Positions 32,944 to 42,968 of a stretch of DNA of 64,000 bases are shown here, piece by piece. Position 1 is the first letter of the stretch. Every line of letters begins with the position of its first letter. A program made the position numbers and the translations under genes. The notes below the pieces were generated by a model. The model was not told the origin of the DNA. It worked only from the letters and a program-made list of their open reading frames with translations, and ran no database searches. The stretch comes from Parcubacteria group bacterium (GTDB lineage Bacteria; Patescibacteriota; Minisyncoccia; Phycocordibacterales; WO2-35-19). Where the stretch lies: positions 977-64,976 of the forward strand of contig JAAZAU010000008.1 of the NCBI GenBank assembly GCA_012514175.1, in the 5' to 3' direction.

Positions 32944-35706
32944 TTAACAAAATCTATATTTTTCTAAAATTAATTCTTCTACTTCTGCTAAAGGTTTGCC
33001 ATATTTGAGATATGAGATTTCTTTAAGTTTTTCTATTTGGTCTCTGTTACCTTTTGGTGGCGGTGGCACTTCTATGTTGAAAGGTGTTGCTGGTCTACCA
33101 TTAACTAAAAGACGCAAATAAGCATTTCTGTTATCTATATTTATTAAATCACTTGGTTCAAAAGTTGGCATAAAATGGCTCTTCAAATCTTCAGCGTCCT
33201 CGGCACCCACTCTGAAAGCGCACATTGAACCGACGTTACCAAAAACCGAATCTTTTATTTTTTCATCAAGCTGGGCGATAAATTGGTGAGCAATAATCAA
33301 AGAAAGTTTATATTTTCTAGCCTCAGAAAGAATGGTGGAGATTGAATCGGTTGTAATATTTTGAAACTCGTCAATGTAAAGATAGAACGGAGGGAAATTT
33401 TTACCAAACGAGTCGGTGCGAGAAAGAGCCGCTATTAAAATCTTGCCCACCAAAATGAGTCCAATGAGGTTAGCGTTAATATCACCCAGTCTACCTTTGG
33501 AAAGATTTACCAAAAAGATTTTCTTGTTATCCATTATTTCACGGAAATTGAAAGAAGATTTTTCTTGAGCGATCACTGGACGCATAATTTCGTTAGCCAA
33601 AAAGATATCAAATTTACTGGTGATATATTGCGTGTAGTTGGACAAACCATAATCACCAGAAGTTTTTTCGGCGTTAGACCAAAATTGGTTAAGCAGAGGA
33701 TTTTTGCATTTAGATAATTTGTAATCTCGATATCTTTTGTCTGAAAGCACTCGTGATATATCAATGAGAGTGTTCCCTGAAGCCGGATCTTCCATCACTA
33801 GAAGCGCCGAGTTTCTAAAATATTGTTCAAAAGCTGGCCCCATTGATTCTGGAAGAGCGGCAAACAACTTTCTAAAAATACTAAGAAGTTCATTAACGAC
33901 AAAAGTTTTTTGTTCTGGATAATTTTCGTCAAATTCAAGCATATTAAGAGCCATTGGTCTGGCAGTATAGGCCGGATCAAAATAAATTAAATCATCATAT
34001 CTTTCGGGAGGAATACTGGCTAAAACGTCTTGAATATCCGAACCGTGCGGGTCAATCATACAAACACCATTTCCCATTTCAATATCTTGAATAATCATTT
34101 CTTTAAGCAAAGTAGATTTACCAGTACCTGTTTGTCCGATACAGTAAAAATGTCGCAAACGATCATCTTCAGTCATTCTAATTTCGGTAGAAACATTGCG
34201 ATATTTATTTATCCCAAGCAACAAACCTTCTTTTGATTTGGTGATATCTAGCGGGGGTGGAGCTGAGGCGCTTTTCAGCTTTTTCAAACTATCACCAGAT
34301 TTCAAAGCTTTCGTGTGGAAATGCATAAAAGAAGTAACTTCTCTTAAATTCAAAGGCAGAGCAGTAGAATCATCAAATATTCTAAAACTGAAATTTCTAA
34401 CTAATTTGCGTAGATCACCTTTTTCAAATTTGTGCCATTTAAAAGAATTACCAGTCGTGTTATCAAATTGGTTAAAACTAGATTTCATACTCTCTAAAAT
34501 TTCTTCAGCTTCAGCTCTGTTGTTTGAAGAAGCCATAAGACGAATATTGCACTTAACGATCGGGGCTTCAATTTTAGCGTTGATTTCAGCGACCGCTTTT
34601 TCATCAATTGGTTCTGGTTTTTCAGGTTCGTTTTTTTCTTGGTTTTTTTCTTTTTCAGATTTGGTAAAAATAGTTTTGAATGTGTGAAATATTTCTTCTG
34701 AAAAACTGTCGGGGATATTTATAGCCTCCTTTAAAGGCACTCCTTTTCTTATTTTATTTAAAGCTTCTTTATATCTAGCTAAATATTTATCACCAACAGG
34801 AGACCAAATCAGTTGGATAGCGGCGCCTTCTCCATCTCGGTTAACCTTAGAAAAAGAAGAAAGAATAACGTTTAAAGGATCGTGGGAAAATTTATCGTAA
34901 GTTTTGATCGGATAAATTGGATTTTTAACAAGATCAGCGCAAGCACCAACAGTAAATCCAAATTCATTAAAAATATTATAATCGTCTATTTTTTCGGAAA
35001 TTTTAGCATTATGAAATATCGATAGAATATGTTCTTCAAAAAGATTTTTTTTAGACACCGGCACCGCAACATAAAAAACCACTTCCTGCGAAAAATTAGC
35101 ATTGGCAATCTCAAGCGCCATCCAATTCTCTGAAGGTTTTTTCGGATCACTAATGGAAAGCATACCCGCATAAAATTGCTCCATACTGGATATAACTTCT
35201 TTCAAGTTGGAATCATCGTTATGATCAAAATCTTCTGGAATTAAAACTTCATAAAGTGCCATATTAAGCCCTTTAGAAAGTTTCTCTTTCTTATCCAAGC
35301 CCGGTAAAGTAAAACCTTCTTTTAAATATTCAGACAAAAAACGATGAAAATCGTCAGTCAAATGAAAGTTTTGCATTTTTTCAACGACCGAGAGTGCGTT
35401 TCTTATTCCCTTCCCTTTGGCTATTTTTAGAAGCTCAAGAACTTGTTTATCGTGTTTTTCTGGAGAAAGATTAAGAACGATATTTTCCACTTCAGTATCA
35501 GCCATTTTGTATTTTGGATCAAGAGCTTGTTCTGCTGGAGTAGTTTTGTATTGCGCCAAAGTTTCCTTAGTAGAAGCTAAAGATTCTTTCTTTAGACCGA
35601 CAGCTTCCAGATGTTTCTCTTTCTCGGCTATTAGAGCACGCAAATGAGATATCTCATCTTCTGGATTTTTGAAAGGAGTTTCTGGTAAAGGAAATTTGTA
35701 TTCCAT
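32944..35706 (-). CDS. Large P-loop NTPase of the FtsK/HerA/TraD(VirD4)-like (DUF87-type) superfamily
   Basis: 920 aa. Walker A GQTGTGKST at about aa 520, Walker B FYLYIDEFQN, and a downstream AHQ. Roughly 450-aa helical N-terminal region of unknown function. Confidence 0.6.
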   Translation of the reverse strand: MEYKFPLPETPFKNPEDEISHLRALIAEKEKHLEAVGLKKESLASTKETLAQYKTTPAEQALDPKYKMADTEVENIVLNLSPEKHDKQVLELLKIAKGKGIRNALSVVEKMQNFHLTDDFHRFLSEYLKEGFTLPGLDKKEKLSKGLNMALYEVLIPEDFDHNDDSNLKEVISSMEQFYAGMLSISDPKKPSENWMALEIANANFSQEVVFYVAVPVSKKNLFEEHILSIFHNAKISEKIDDYNIFNEFGFTVGACADLVKNPIYPIKTYDKFSHDPLNVILSSFSKVNRDGEGAAIQLIWSPVGDKYLARYKEALNKIRKGVPLKEAINIPDSFSEEIFHTFKTIFTKSEKEKNQEKNEPEKPEPIDEKAVAEINAKIEAPIVKCNIRLMASSNNRAEAEEILESMKSSFNQFDNTTGNSFKWHKFEKGDLRKLVRNFSFRIFDDSTALPLNLREVTSFMHFHTKALKSGDSLKKLKSASAPPPLDITKSKEGLLLGINKYRNVSTEIRMTEDDRLRHFYCIGQTGTGKSTLLKEMIIQDIEMGNGVCMIDPHGSDIQDVLASIPPERYDDLIYFDPAYTARPMALNMLEFDENYPEQKTFVVNELLSIFRKLFAALPESMGPAFEQYFRNSALLVMEDPASGNTLIDISRVLSDKRYRDYKLSKCKNPLLNQFWSNAEKTSGDYGLSNYTQYITSKFDIFLANEIMRPVIAQEKSSFNFREIMDNKKIFLVNLSKGRLGDINANLIGLILVGKILIAALSRTDSFGKNFPPFYLYIDEFQNITTDSISTILSEARKYKLSLIIAHQFIAQLDEKIKDSVFGNVGSMCAFRVGAEDAEDLKSHFMPTFEPSDLINIDNRNAYLRLLVNGRPATPFNIEVPPPPKGNRDQIEKLKEISYLKYGKPLAEVEELILEKYRFC

Positions 35707-35892
35707 ATTCTTTTATTATAACAAAACAGAGGCACTAATATAGAGTATTGTTATTCACATCACTAATTAATTTTGATTTACACTTAAAAATCAGGCAAAA
35801 ACCTATCCTAGAATTAAAACAGGGTTGAAAAAAATAATTTTTTGTAAATTAAAATGATTTTTTGTGAAAATATGTTATAATTTGCGCACAAA

Positions 35893-35964
35893 CGGCCCTA
35901 TCGTCTAACGGTTAGGACGTCGCCTTCTCAAGGCGGTAATCAGGGTTCGATTCCCTGTAGGGTC
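35893..35964 (+). tRNA. tRNA-Glu (anticodon CUC)
   Basis: Acceptor GGCCCUA/UAGGGUC, D-stem GUCU/GGAC, anticodon stem UCGCC/GGCGG with loop UUCUCAA, T-arm AGGGU-UCGAUUC-CCUGU. Confidence 0.8.
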
Positions 35965-35974
35965 ATGGGTAGAA

Positions 35975-36002
35975 AAAATACCAGCACTGAGCTGGTATTT
36001 TT
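35975..36002. terminator. Bidirectional hairpin terminator between tRNA-Glu and ftsI
   Basis: aaaataccagc-actg-agctggtatttttt. A-run and T-run flank the stem. Confidence 0.65.
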
Positions 36003-37714
36003 TACAAAGCCACATCTTCAGGTCTATCTGGAGGAATTTGGTAATAGTTTATGAGAAATTTGGCTATGTTAAGAAAAGGATCGGTAAGTGTCTCTGAAGC
36101 ATATCTAACACCTTTAGGATGGGTATGGAGCATAAATACTAAAAATTTAGGATCATAAGCTGGAAAATAACCAAAGAAAGAGTGTAGATACTTCCCCTCT
36201 ACGTATCCCGCATGACCTTCTTCGGTCATTTGAGCTGTTCCAGTTTTAGCGGCAACAGAATAGCCGGGTATTTTACCATTACCTCCACGTAAAGCTTTGT
36301 CTACAACTTCTACAAGCATTCTAGATATTTCTTCAGAAGTTTCTTTTTTTATAACTTGTTTACCTGGTGCAAACGACATTTTTTTATAAAGACCGTTTTG
36401 GTATTCTATTTTTTTAACAAGATGCGGAGTAACCAAAGTGCCGCCATTAGCTAAAGCAGCTAACGCTCTAACGGTAGCAACTGGTGTAAAAGCTACTCCT
36501 TGACCATAAGAAGCGGTAGCTATTTCAATCTCTCTCTTGCTATCTAAGTTACTTATAAGACCAATACCTTCATTTGGCAAATCAATACCGGTTTCAGTGC
36601 CTACCCCAAAATTTTTCATATATTCAACAAATTTTTCACCGCCAACTTTTTGAGCAATATGCGCCACACCCAGGTTTAAAGATTGACTCAAAACTTGTTG
36701 CATCGGAGTCGTGCCTCGAGCCACACCATCATAATTACAAAATCTTTTATTATTCAAAACTGCGCAACCCGTATCATAATAAGTAGAATTAGAGTTTACT
36801 GCGCCACTATCAAGACCAATAGCCATTGTAATCGCTTTAATAATAGAACCCATTTCGTATCTACTTTCCACTAAAGGATTGTTAAAAAGACGAACACTAC
36901 TATCTTTGAAATTGTTTAAATCAAAGGAGGGCGACCAAGCCATAGCGACTATTTCACCAGTCTTGGGATCCATAATAATACCTCCCGCTTCATCACTCCC
37001 CCATTTTTCTCTAGTGGCTTTAAGTTCGTTTTCAAGAAAAAGTTGTGCTGAAGGTTCAATAGAAGTGACAATGCTACCTTCTTCTTGAGGGTAATCGCTC
37101 ATAGATTCTTTAACGGTTGAAAAAAATTCAGCAAAAAAATTGTTGTAAGCCTTAGAAGGATCTATCTTAAGGATGTCTTCGTAATATCTTTCTAAACCGT
37201 AACGTCCAGCTAGTTCATCTCCATTAAAAGCCACAAAACCTATTGTGTTAGCAGCCAATTTGCCACCTGGGTAAAACCTCCATTTATCTTTGGATATAGT
37301 GACACCAACAAAATTTAACTCTTTTATTTTTTCCATAGTTTCAGAATTTAAATGTTCCGCAAGTTTTTCGTAGGTGCGAGATTTATTTGAAATTTTTGAA
37401 AAAAAATCCTCTTTATCTAAAACTATAATCTGGCTCAAAGAGTTGTATATTAATTCTGGATCTTTAATAATTTGCGGATTGATAGCAACGGTAAAACCAG
37501 AACGCGAAATAGCTGCTGGGATACTATCTCCGTCTTTATTTTCAAAATATATTTCTCCCCGATTATAAGAAATTGTGTTTTCGTTAACATTTTGTCTTTC
37601 TGCTTCAGACACAAAAGAGTCGCCATGAACTATTTGCACAAAATATAAGCGCACTATCATAAGTAACGCCACTAAAATTATAATACCGGATAAAAAACGG
37701 ATTCTTGCAGTCAT
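36002..37714 (-). CDS. ftsI: Penicillin-binding protein (class B transpeptidase, FtsI-like)
   Basis: N-terminal TM. SxxK (GSIIKA), SxN-like (SQS.N), and KTGTA motifs. Sits in the dcw cluster. Confidence 0.85.
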   Translation of the reverse strand: MTARIRFLSGIIILVALLMIVRLYFVQIVHGDSFVSEAERQNVNENTISYNRGEIYFENKDGDSIPAAISRSGFTVAINPQIIKDPELIYNSLSQIIVLDKEDFFSKISNKSRTYEKLAEHLNSETMEKIKELNFVGVTISKDKWRFYPGGKLAANTIGFVAFNGDELAGRYGLERYYEDILKIDPSKAYNNFFAEFFSTVKESMSDYPQEEGSIVTSIEPSAQLFLENELKATREKWGSDEAGGIIMDPKTGEIVAMAWSPSFDLNNFKDSSVRLFNNPLVESRYEMGSIIKAITMAIGLDSGAVNSNSTYYDTGCAVLNNKRFCNYDGVARGTTPMQQVLSQSLNLGVAHIAQKVGGEKFVEYMKNFGVGTETGIDLPNEGIGLISNLDSKREIEIATASYGQGVAFTPVATVRALAALANGGTLVTPHLVKKIEYQNGLYKKMSFAPGKQVIKKETSEEISRMLVEVVDKALRGGNGKIPGYSVAAKTGTAQMTEEGHAGYVEGKYLHSFFGYFPAYDPKFLVFMLHTHPKGVRYASETLTDPFLNIAKFLINYYQIPPDRPEDVAL

Positions 37715-37724
37715 CCCCTTAATC

Positions 37725-38048
37725 TTAATCCATTTTAAGAGAAAGTGCAGTATTTTTGCCTTTTATTATAAAAGTAGGGTTGCTCACTTCAACAAAACCG
37801 GCTTGCAAAGCTTTTTCAATACTGATATTAGTTTCTACCGCCAAACGTTTGGATTCCATATCGCTAACTTTAATACTTAAAGATTGCATTTCTGACTTAC
37901 TTTTTTCTAGAGCGGTTAAAGTTCGCACCGTCATATGGGCAAAATAAATATAAAATAAAGCCGCCAAAGCTATCATAAGAGAAAGTGTATAGATAGTTGA
38001 TTTTCTCAAACTTAACACTGCGATATTTCGTCCTACTGTTTTAATCAT
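37725..38048 (-). CDS. ftsL: Small bitopic membrane protein, FtsL-like (dcw cluster position)
   Basis: 107 aa, single TM plus coiled-coil. Position between rsmH and ftsI. Confidence 0.5.
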   Translation of the reverse strand: MIKTVGRNIAVLSLRKSTIYTLSLMIALAALFYIYFAHMTVRTLTALEKSKSEMQSLSIKVSDMESKRLAVETNISIEKALQAGFVEVSNPTFIIKGKNTALSLKMD

Positions 38049-38073
38049 GGCTTTTATTTTTATTTAATAATTT

Positions 38074-38970
38074 TTATATTGAAATTTTTTTAATAATTCT
38101 AAGTTTTGCGCTTCTAGCTCTAGGGTTTCGGATTAACTCTTCTTCGGTCGCTACTATTGGTTTTTTAGTTATAATTTCCGCTTGGTCTTCTGAAGAAAGT
38201 AATTTAAAGAAATTTTTGACTATTCTATCTTCAAGACTATGAAAAGAAATCACTGCCATTCGTCCATCTTGCTTTAAAATTTGAAAACCTTTTTTTAAAC
38301 CTTCTTGTAAAGCATTCAACTCATCATTAACCGCTATTCTAATCGCTTGAAAAGTTCTAGTAGCCGGATGAATGCGACCAAAACGATAAAATACAGGAAC
38401 TGCATTTTTTACAATCTCAGCTAACGTTTTTGAGGTCTCAATGGGTTTTAACTTTCTTGCACTGACAATGCTTTTAGCAATTCTTTTAGCGTATCTTTCC
38501 TCGCCATAACCTTGTAAAATGCTTACCAAACTATCTTCGCTCCATTTATTAACAACATCGTATGCTGTGGTGTCTTCCTCGTCTGTGTTGCTCTTGAAAG
38601 TCATTATGAGTGGTTCATCTTTTTGAAAACTAAAACCTCTACCACCTTCTTCAAACTGATCAGAACTCCAACCAAGATCAAATAATATTTTAGTTGGGAC
38701 TATTCCAAACACCTCAGGCGCTCTTTCTATATTTTTAAAATTAAGCACCATTAGTTTCGGTTTAGCACCAGCCAATTCAAGTTTCTCCTTGCTTATAGCC
38801 ACCGACATTTCATCAGCGTCAATGCCATAAAGCTGAACTTTGCCTTTGGTTGCTTCCCAAACAGCATGCATATGTCCTCCACTACCAACAGTAGCGTCAA
38901 AATAGACGTCACCATCTTGCAAATCAAGACCCTCTATTACTTCTTTTAAAAGAACACTCTCGTGGGCCAT
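38074..38970 (-). CDS. rsmH: 16S rRNA (cytosine1402-N4)-methyltransferase RsmH (MraW)
   Basis: DATVGSGGH motif. Full-length MraW pattern. Confidence 0.9.
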   Translation of the reverse strand: MAHESVLLKEVIEGLDLQDGDVYFDATVGSGGHMHAVWEATKGKVQLYGIDADEMSVAISKEKLELAGAKPKLMVLNFKNIERAPEVFGIVPTKILFDLGWSSDQFEEGGRGFSFQKDEPLIMTFKSNTDEEDTTAYDVVNKWSEDSLVSILQGYGEERYAKRIAKSIVSARKLKPIETSKTLAEIVKNAVPVFYRFGRIHPATRTFQAIRIAVNDELNALQEGLKKGFQILKQDGRMAVISFHSLEDRIVKNFFKLLSSEDQAEIITKKPIVATEEELIRNPRARSAKLRIIKKISI

Positions 38971-38976
38971 AATTTT

Positions 38977-39414
38977 TTACATTATGCCGAGACCTGATAG
39001 TTTTTCGGCCAAACCATCAGCCTGTTTCTCTACCTGTCTCTTATAATCGGTCCACGACTTCTCGTTCCATATTTCCAAACGATTTTGCACTCCAATCAAA
39101 ACCACTTTAGTTTTGAGATTGGCGCGCTCTCTCAGGAAATCCGGAACCAGAATTCGTCCGATATTGTCCACGTCAACTTCGCTTGCTCCACCAAACATAT
39201 ATCTAGTAAAACTTCTCATATCACCACTAAGCATTGAAGCATTTTCTGAAAGTCGGCCAGCAATCTTTTCCCATTCTTTTAAAGTGAAAACGAAAAGACA
39301 TCTATCTAAACCTGGTGTAATAACAATCTTTTTACCCATAAGAGATCTAAATTTAGACGGCAGAGAAACTCTGTTTTTGTCATCTATGGTGTGTGTATAT
39401 TCTCCTATAAGCAT
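38977..39414 (-). CDS. mraZ: Transcriptional regulator MraZ
   Basis: MLIGEYTHTIDDKNRVSLPSKFR and a duplicated DxxxR motif. ATG 39414. Confidence 0.85.
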   Translation of the reverse strand: MLIGEYTHTIDDKNRVSLPSKFRSLMGKKIVITPGLDRCLFVFTLKEWEKIAGRLSENASMLSGDMRSFTRYMFGGASEVDVDNIGRILVPDFLRERANLKTKVVLIGVQNRLEIWNEKSWTDYKRQVEKQADGLAEKLSGLGIM

Positions 39415-39546
39415 ATTATTGTATCCCACTTTTTCCCACTTGGTTCCATTCTATACCACTCGGATACACAAGTCCACCACTTTACTGCTGTGGATAACAA
39501 AAAAGCCCTGATTAGGGCCTTTTTTTAATTAAATTTTTATGTTGGT

Positions 39547-41022
39547 CTATTCTTTTGGACGCATAAGAGGAAAAGTTTGAAGATCGCGAAGAGGTTTACC
39601 AGCTAAGATAGCGAAAAGTCTTTCGCCAAAACCAAAACCGCAAGTTGGAGGCATACCATATTCAAGCATTTCTACAAACTCAAAATCTGGCATCATTGCT
39701 TCCTCATCACCAGCCTCTATCAGTTTACCTTGAACTTCAAATCTTTCTCTTTGGTCTATTGGGTCATTAAGTTCAGAATAACCCCTACCCACTTCACTGC
39801 CAGCAATTATTGGCTGAAACTCTTGGACCACTTCCCGACCTTCTACTTTTTTTGCTAAAGGCGCCACCAAAACCGGATGGCCCACTAAAAACGCCGGCCC
39901 AGAAATATTTTTACGACAATACTTCCAAAGTGTGTCTAGCAAACGTTCACGGTTAGCACCCTTATAATCAACACGTAGTTCGTTTAATTTGTTTTTGATA
40001 GTTTGGTCATCGGCTGTATTGATATCTATATTAGTTTGCTTTTTGATCTCTTCAGCGTAATCAATTATTCGCCATTCCCCTCCCAAATCAAATTTATGAC
40101 CATTATACTCAAATTCAGTTTTACCAAAAACCTTCAAAGCAATTTCTTTATAAAGCTCTTCAGCCAACTTCATACCATCTTTATAATCTGCGTAACTCCA
40201 ATAAAATTCCATATTGGTAAATTCTTGTAGATGCTCGGGAGATGTGCCTTCATTTCTATACACTCGCCCAATTTCAAAAGTTTTCGGAAATCCCCCAGCC
40301 ATCAATCTTTTCTGCCACAGTTCACCTACCGAAATACGCAGATAAACATCCAAATCAAAATCATTATGGTGAGTCTGAAATGGTCTAGCTTCTGCGCCAC
40401 CAGTGGTAATTTCTAGAGTTGGAGTTTCTACTTCTAAAAAACCTTTTTCTTTCAAAAAATTTCTAGTCACATCCCAAAATTGAGATTTTTTAACGATGAG
40501 TTCACGCAATTCTTGATTCGTGACAAAGTCAAGATAACGTTTACGATAACGCTCTTCTACATCTTGAAGACCGTGCCATTTTTCAGGTAACGGACGTAAA
40601 CTTTTGGTAAGCATCTTCCACCTATTTACCTGAAGAGTTTTTTCTTCTTTTTTGGTAACAAAAAGCGTTCCTGAAGTTTCTATAAAATCACCAATATCCA
40701 CTGTTTCCATAAACAAATCAAAATCCTCGTCAGAAATACCATCACCTTTTCTGAGCAAAATTTGAAACTTGCCAGTTTGCGCAGAAACACTAGAGCCATC
40801 AAACAAATCCGCGAAAGCCACCTTACCTTGAGCGCGCAAAGCCATCACTCTACCAGCAATAGTAACTGTGCGATTTTCTTTCTGAAGATCTTGAAACTCA
40901 GCGACAAGTCTACTTATTTCAAAATCTCTCGCGGTTTTGGCAGGATAAGGATCCATACCAACATCACGCAACTTTTTCAGTTTTTTCAAACGCGTTTCTC
41001 TTATTTCTTCTAAAGAAGCCAT
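39547..41022 (-). CDS. lysS: Lysine--tRNA ligase (class II)
   Basis: N-terminal OB anticodon-binding domain. Class II motifs 1-3 (for example FEIGRVYRNEG). 491 aa. Confidence 0.9.
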   Translation of the reverse strand: MASLEEIRETRLKKLKKLRDVGMDPYPAKTARDFEISRLVAEFQDLQKENRTVTIAGRVMALRAQGKVAFADLFDGSSVSAQTGKFQILLRKGDGISDEDFDLFMETVDIGDFIETSGTLFVTKKEEKTLQVNRWKMLTKSLRPLPEKWHGLQDVEERYRKRYLDFVTNQELRELIVKKSQFWDVTRNFLKEKGFLEVETPTLEITTGGAEARPFQTHHNDFDLDVYLRISVGELWQKRLMAGGFPKTFEIGRVYRNEGTSPEHLQEFTNMEFYWSYADYKDGMKLAEELYKEIALKVFGKTEFEYNGHKFDLGGEWRIIDYAEEIKKQTNIDINTADDQTIKNKLNELRVDYKGANRERLLDTLWKYCRKNISGPAFLVGHPVLVAPLAKKVEGREVVQEFQPIIAGSEVGRGYSELNDPIDQRERFEVQGKLIEAGDEEAMMPDFEFVEMLEYGMPPTCGFGFGERLFAILAGKPLRDLQTFPLMRPKE

Positions 41023-41038
41023 TACTTAATATAATACA

Positions 41039-41506
41039 CTATTTTATATTAATTATCTTGTATGTGATAGAACCAGAGGGTGCTTCATAAGAAAATTTCT
41101 GACCTTTTTTCTTTCCAATTACAGCTTTACCAAAAGGAGAATGAACTGAAATTTTAGCATTAGCTAAATCAGATTCTTCTCCGCCAACAATTTCGTAAAC
41201 TTTCTCATTTTTATCACCTTCCCTCACAACCGTCACTTTTGAACCGAGAGCCACTACATCAGTGCTACGTGGAGAAGCCACGATAATCGCGCTTTTGAGA
41301 ATGAGTTCTAATTTATTTATTCTGTCTTCTACCATACCTTGCACATCACGAGCTTCGTGATATTCAGCATTTTCAGAAAGATCTCCTAAAGACTTAGCAT
41401 ACTCTAACTGCTCAGCCACCTCCTTGCGTCTGGTTTTCTTAAGATACTCAAGCTCATCAGAGAGTTCTTTGTGTTTTTCTTTTGTAATATATTCTTCTCC
41501 GTTCAT
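41039..41506 (-). CDS. greA: Transcription elongation factor GreA
   Basis: N-terminal coiled-coil with the GDLSENAEY acidic tip. C-terminal FKBP-like domain. Confidence 0.9.
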   Translation of the reverse strand: MNGEEYITKEKHKELSDELEYLKKTRRKEVAEQLEYAKSLGDLSENAEYHEARDVQGMVEDRINKLELILKSAIIVASPRSTDVVALGSKVTVVREGDKNEKVYEIVGGEESDLANAKISVHSPFGKAVIGKKKGQKFSYEAPSGSITYKIINIK

Positions 41507-41622
41507 TTTATTTATTTGAAATAGAAGTGTATTGTATTAGTTTCTAATTAAAAGTCAACCTTGAAACAAGGTTTTAATGCTTATTTTGCTTTATACTTTT
41601 AATATTATGCCAAAATACACTG

Positions 41623-42885
41623 TTAAACCAATCCTTTCTTTTTCATCCATTCAGCATCTTGACGAACTAATTTAGAAATGTCCGACTGATTAGCCAATAA
41701 AGGCTTGATGGCCTCTTCAGCAAACACCCCGTTTTGAGAACCTTTAGCTAATATAAAAGCTCCTGTTTTTACCTTGTCTCGCAAAAAGATACCAGCCTCC
41801 GTAGAATTTTTGGCTTCATAGACTTCACAGCCGGCTTTTCTAGCTTCAGGAGCTAAAAAATTATTGGCGTCTTTACCTATTGTCACCACTAAATCCAAAA
41901 GTTTCGGATTACAGTATTGACCTATTTTTTTATGTTCATTTTCTGAGATTTCACCCAACTCGTTCATCATTCCTAAAATAGCAATCCTTTGGGGAGCCTC
42001 AAAAGAGTAAAGAGTGTCCAGAGCCATCTTAACCGCATCGGGACTAGCGTTGTATGTGTCATCTATAATTGTAGAATTTTTGAGACCTTGCAACCTTCTC
42101 ATTCGTCCAGAAAAACTAATTTCCCCACAAATATTTTTCTTAATTTCTTCAAGAGGTAATTTGAGAACATCCGCGATAGAAACAGCGACACAAATTGAAT
42201 ACAACTGAACTTCTGACAAAGCTTCACAGGAAGAATTAAATATTTCCTTGCCTTCGCGCGAAATACTAAAAGCAAAACCGTTTTTGGTTTTGGAAATATT
42301 TTCTATTTTATAAAAAGAACCAAAATCTTTACCATAAAACAGAACTTTTTTATAATCTATATTTTCTGGAATTATTTGGCAAAGATCTTTATTAACAAAA
42401 ACTTTGTCGCTGAAAAAACTCACTGACCATTCTTCTTCAGCCACTTTATGCAAAGTTTCAAAAAATTCCATATGTTCTAGCGCTACGGATGTAAGCACAG
42501 CAATATCCAAATGTAAATATTTACGAAATTGACTTATCTGACCAGGCGCATCAGTGCCAAGCTCAACCAGCACTATGTCAAAAGGATAATTAAAAAATAT
42601 TTGAAATTCGTTTTTTATAAAAATACGAAACCAAGCTAAAAAGTTCCAAATTGGAGGCATTTTGTGACCAAAAAACACTAACGGCACACTTACGATATCA
42701 TTATAATTACCTTCTTGATAACGCACTCTTTTACAAGACATCAAAGCTTTGGCAATAGCAATTTTAGTTGAAGTTTTACCCATACTGCCAACAACACCGA
42801 TTATTTTAAAATCATGCTTTTTGCGCAATCTTTTAACTTGCCCCCCTAAAATCTTAACTAATATTTTTTTTAGAATTGATTTCAT
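41623..42885 (-). CDS. Mur ligase family protein (MurF-like)
   Basis: ATP-binding GVVGSMGKTST. The Mur ligase middle and C-terminal domain organisation is present. Short (420 aa). Confidence 0.65.
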   Translation of the reverse strand: MKSILKKILVKILGGQVKRLRKKHDFKIIGVVGSMGKTSTKIAIAKALMSCKRVRYQEGNYNDIVSVPLVFFGHKMPPIWNFLAWFRIFIKNEFQIFFNYPFDIVLVELGTDAPGQISQFRKYLHLDIAVLTSVALEHMEFFETLHKVAEEEWSVSFFSDKVFVNKDLCQIIPENIDYKKVLFYGKDFGSFYKIENISKTKNGFAFSISREGKEIFNSSCEALSEVQLYSICVAVSIADVLKLPLEEIKKNICGEISFSGRMRRLQGLKNSTIIDDTYNASPDAVKMALDTLYSFEAPQRIAILGMMNELGEISENEHKKIGQYCNPKLLDLVVTIGKDANNFLAPEARKAGCEVYEAKNSTEAGIFLRDKVKTGAFILAKGSQNGVFAEEAIKPLLANQSDISKLVRQDAEWMKKKGLV

Positions 42886-42968
42886 AAGATCAATAAATTT
42901 TAACTCAAAATTTCAGTAAAATAAAGGGGTGGAAATCCGCCACTTTATAGAAAGAGTTTAGAAATCAA

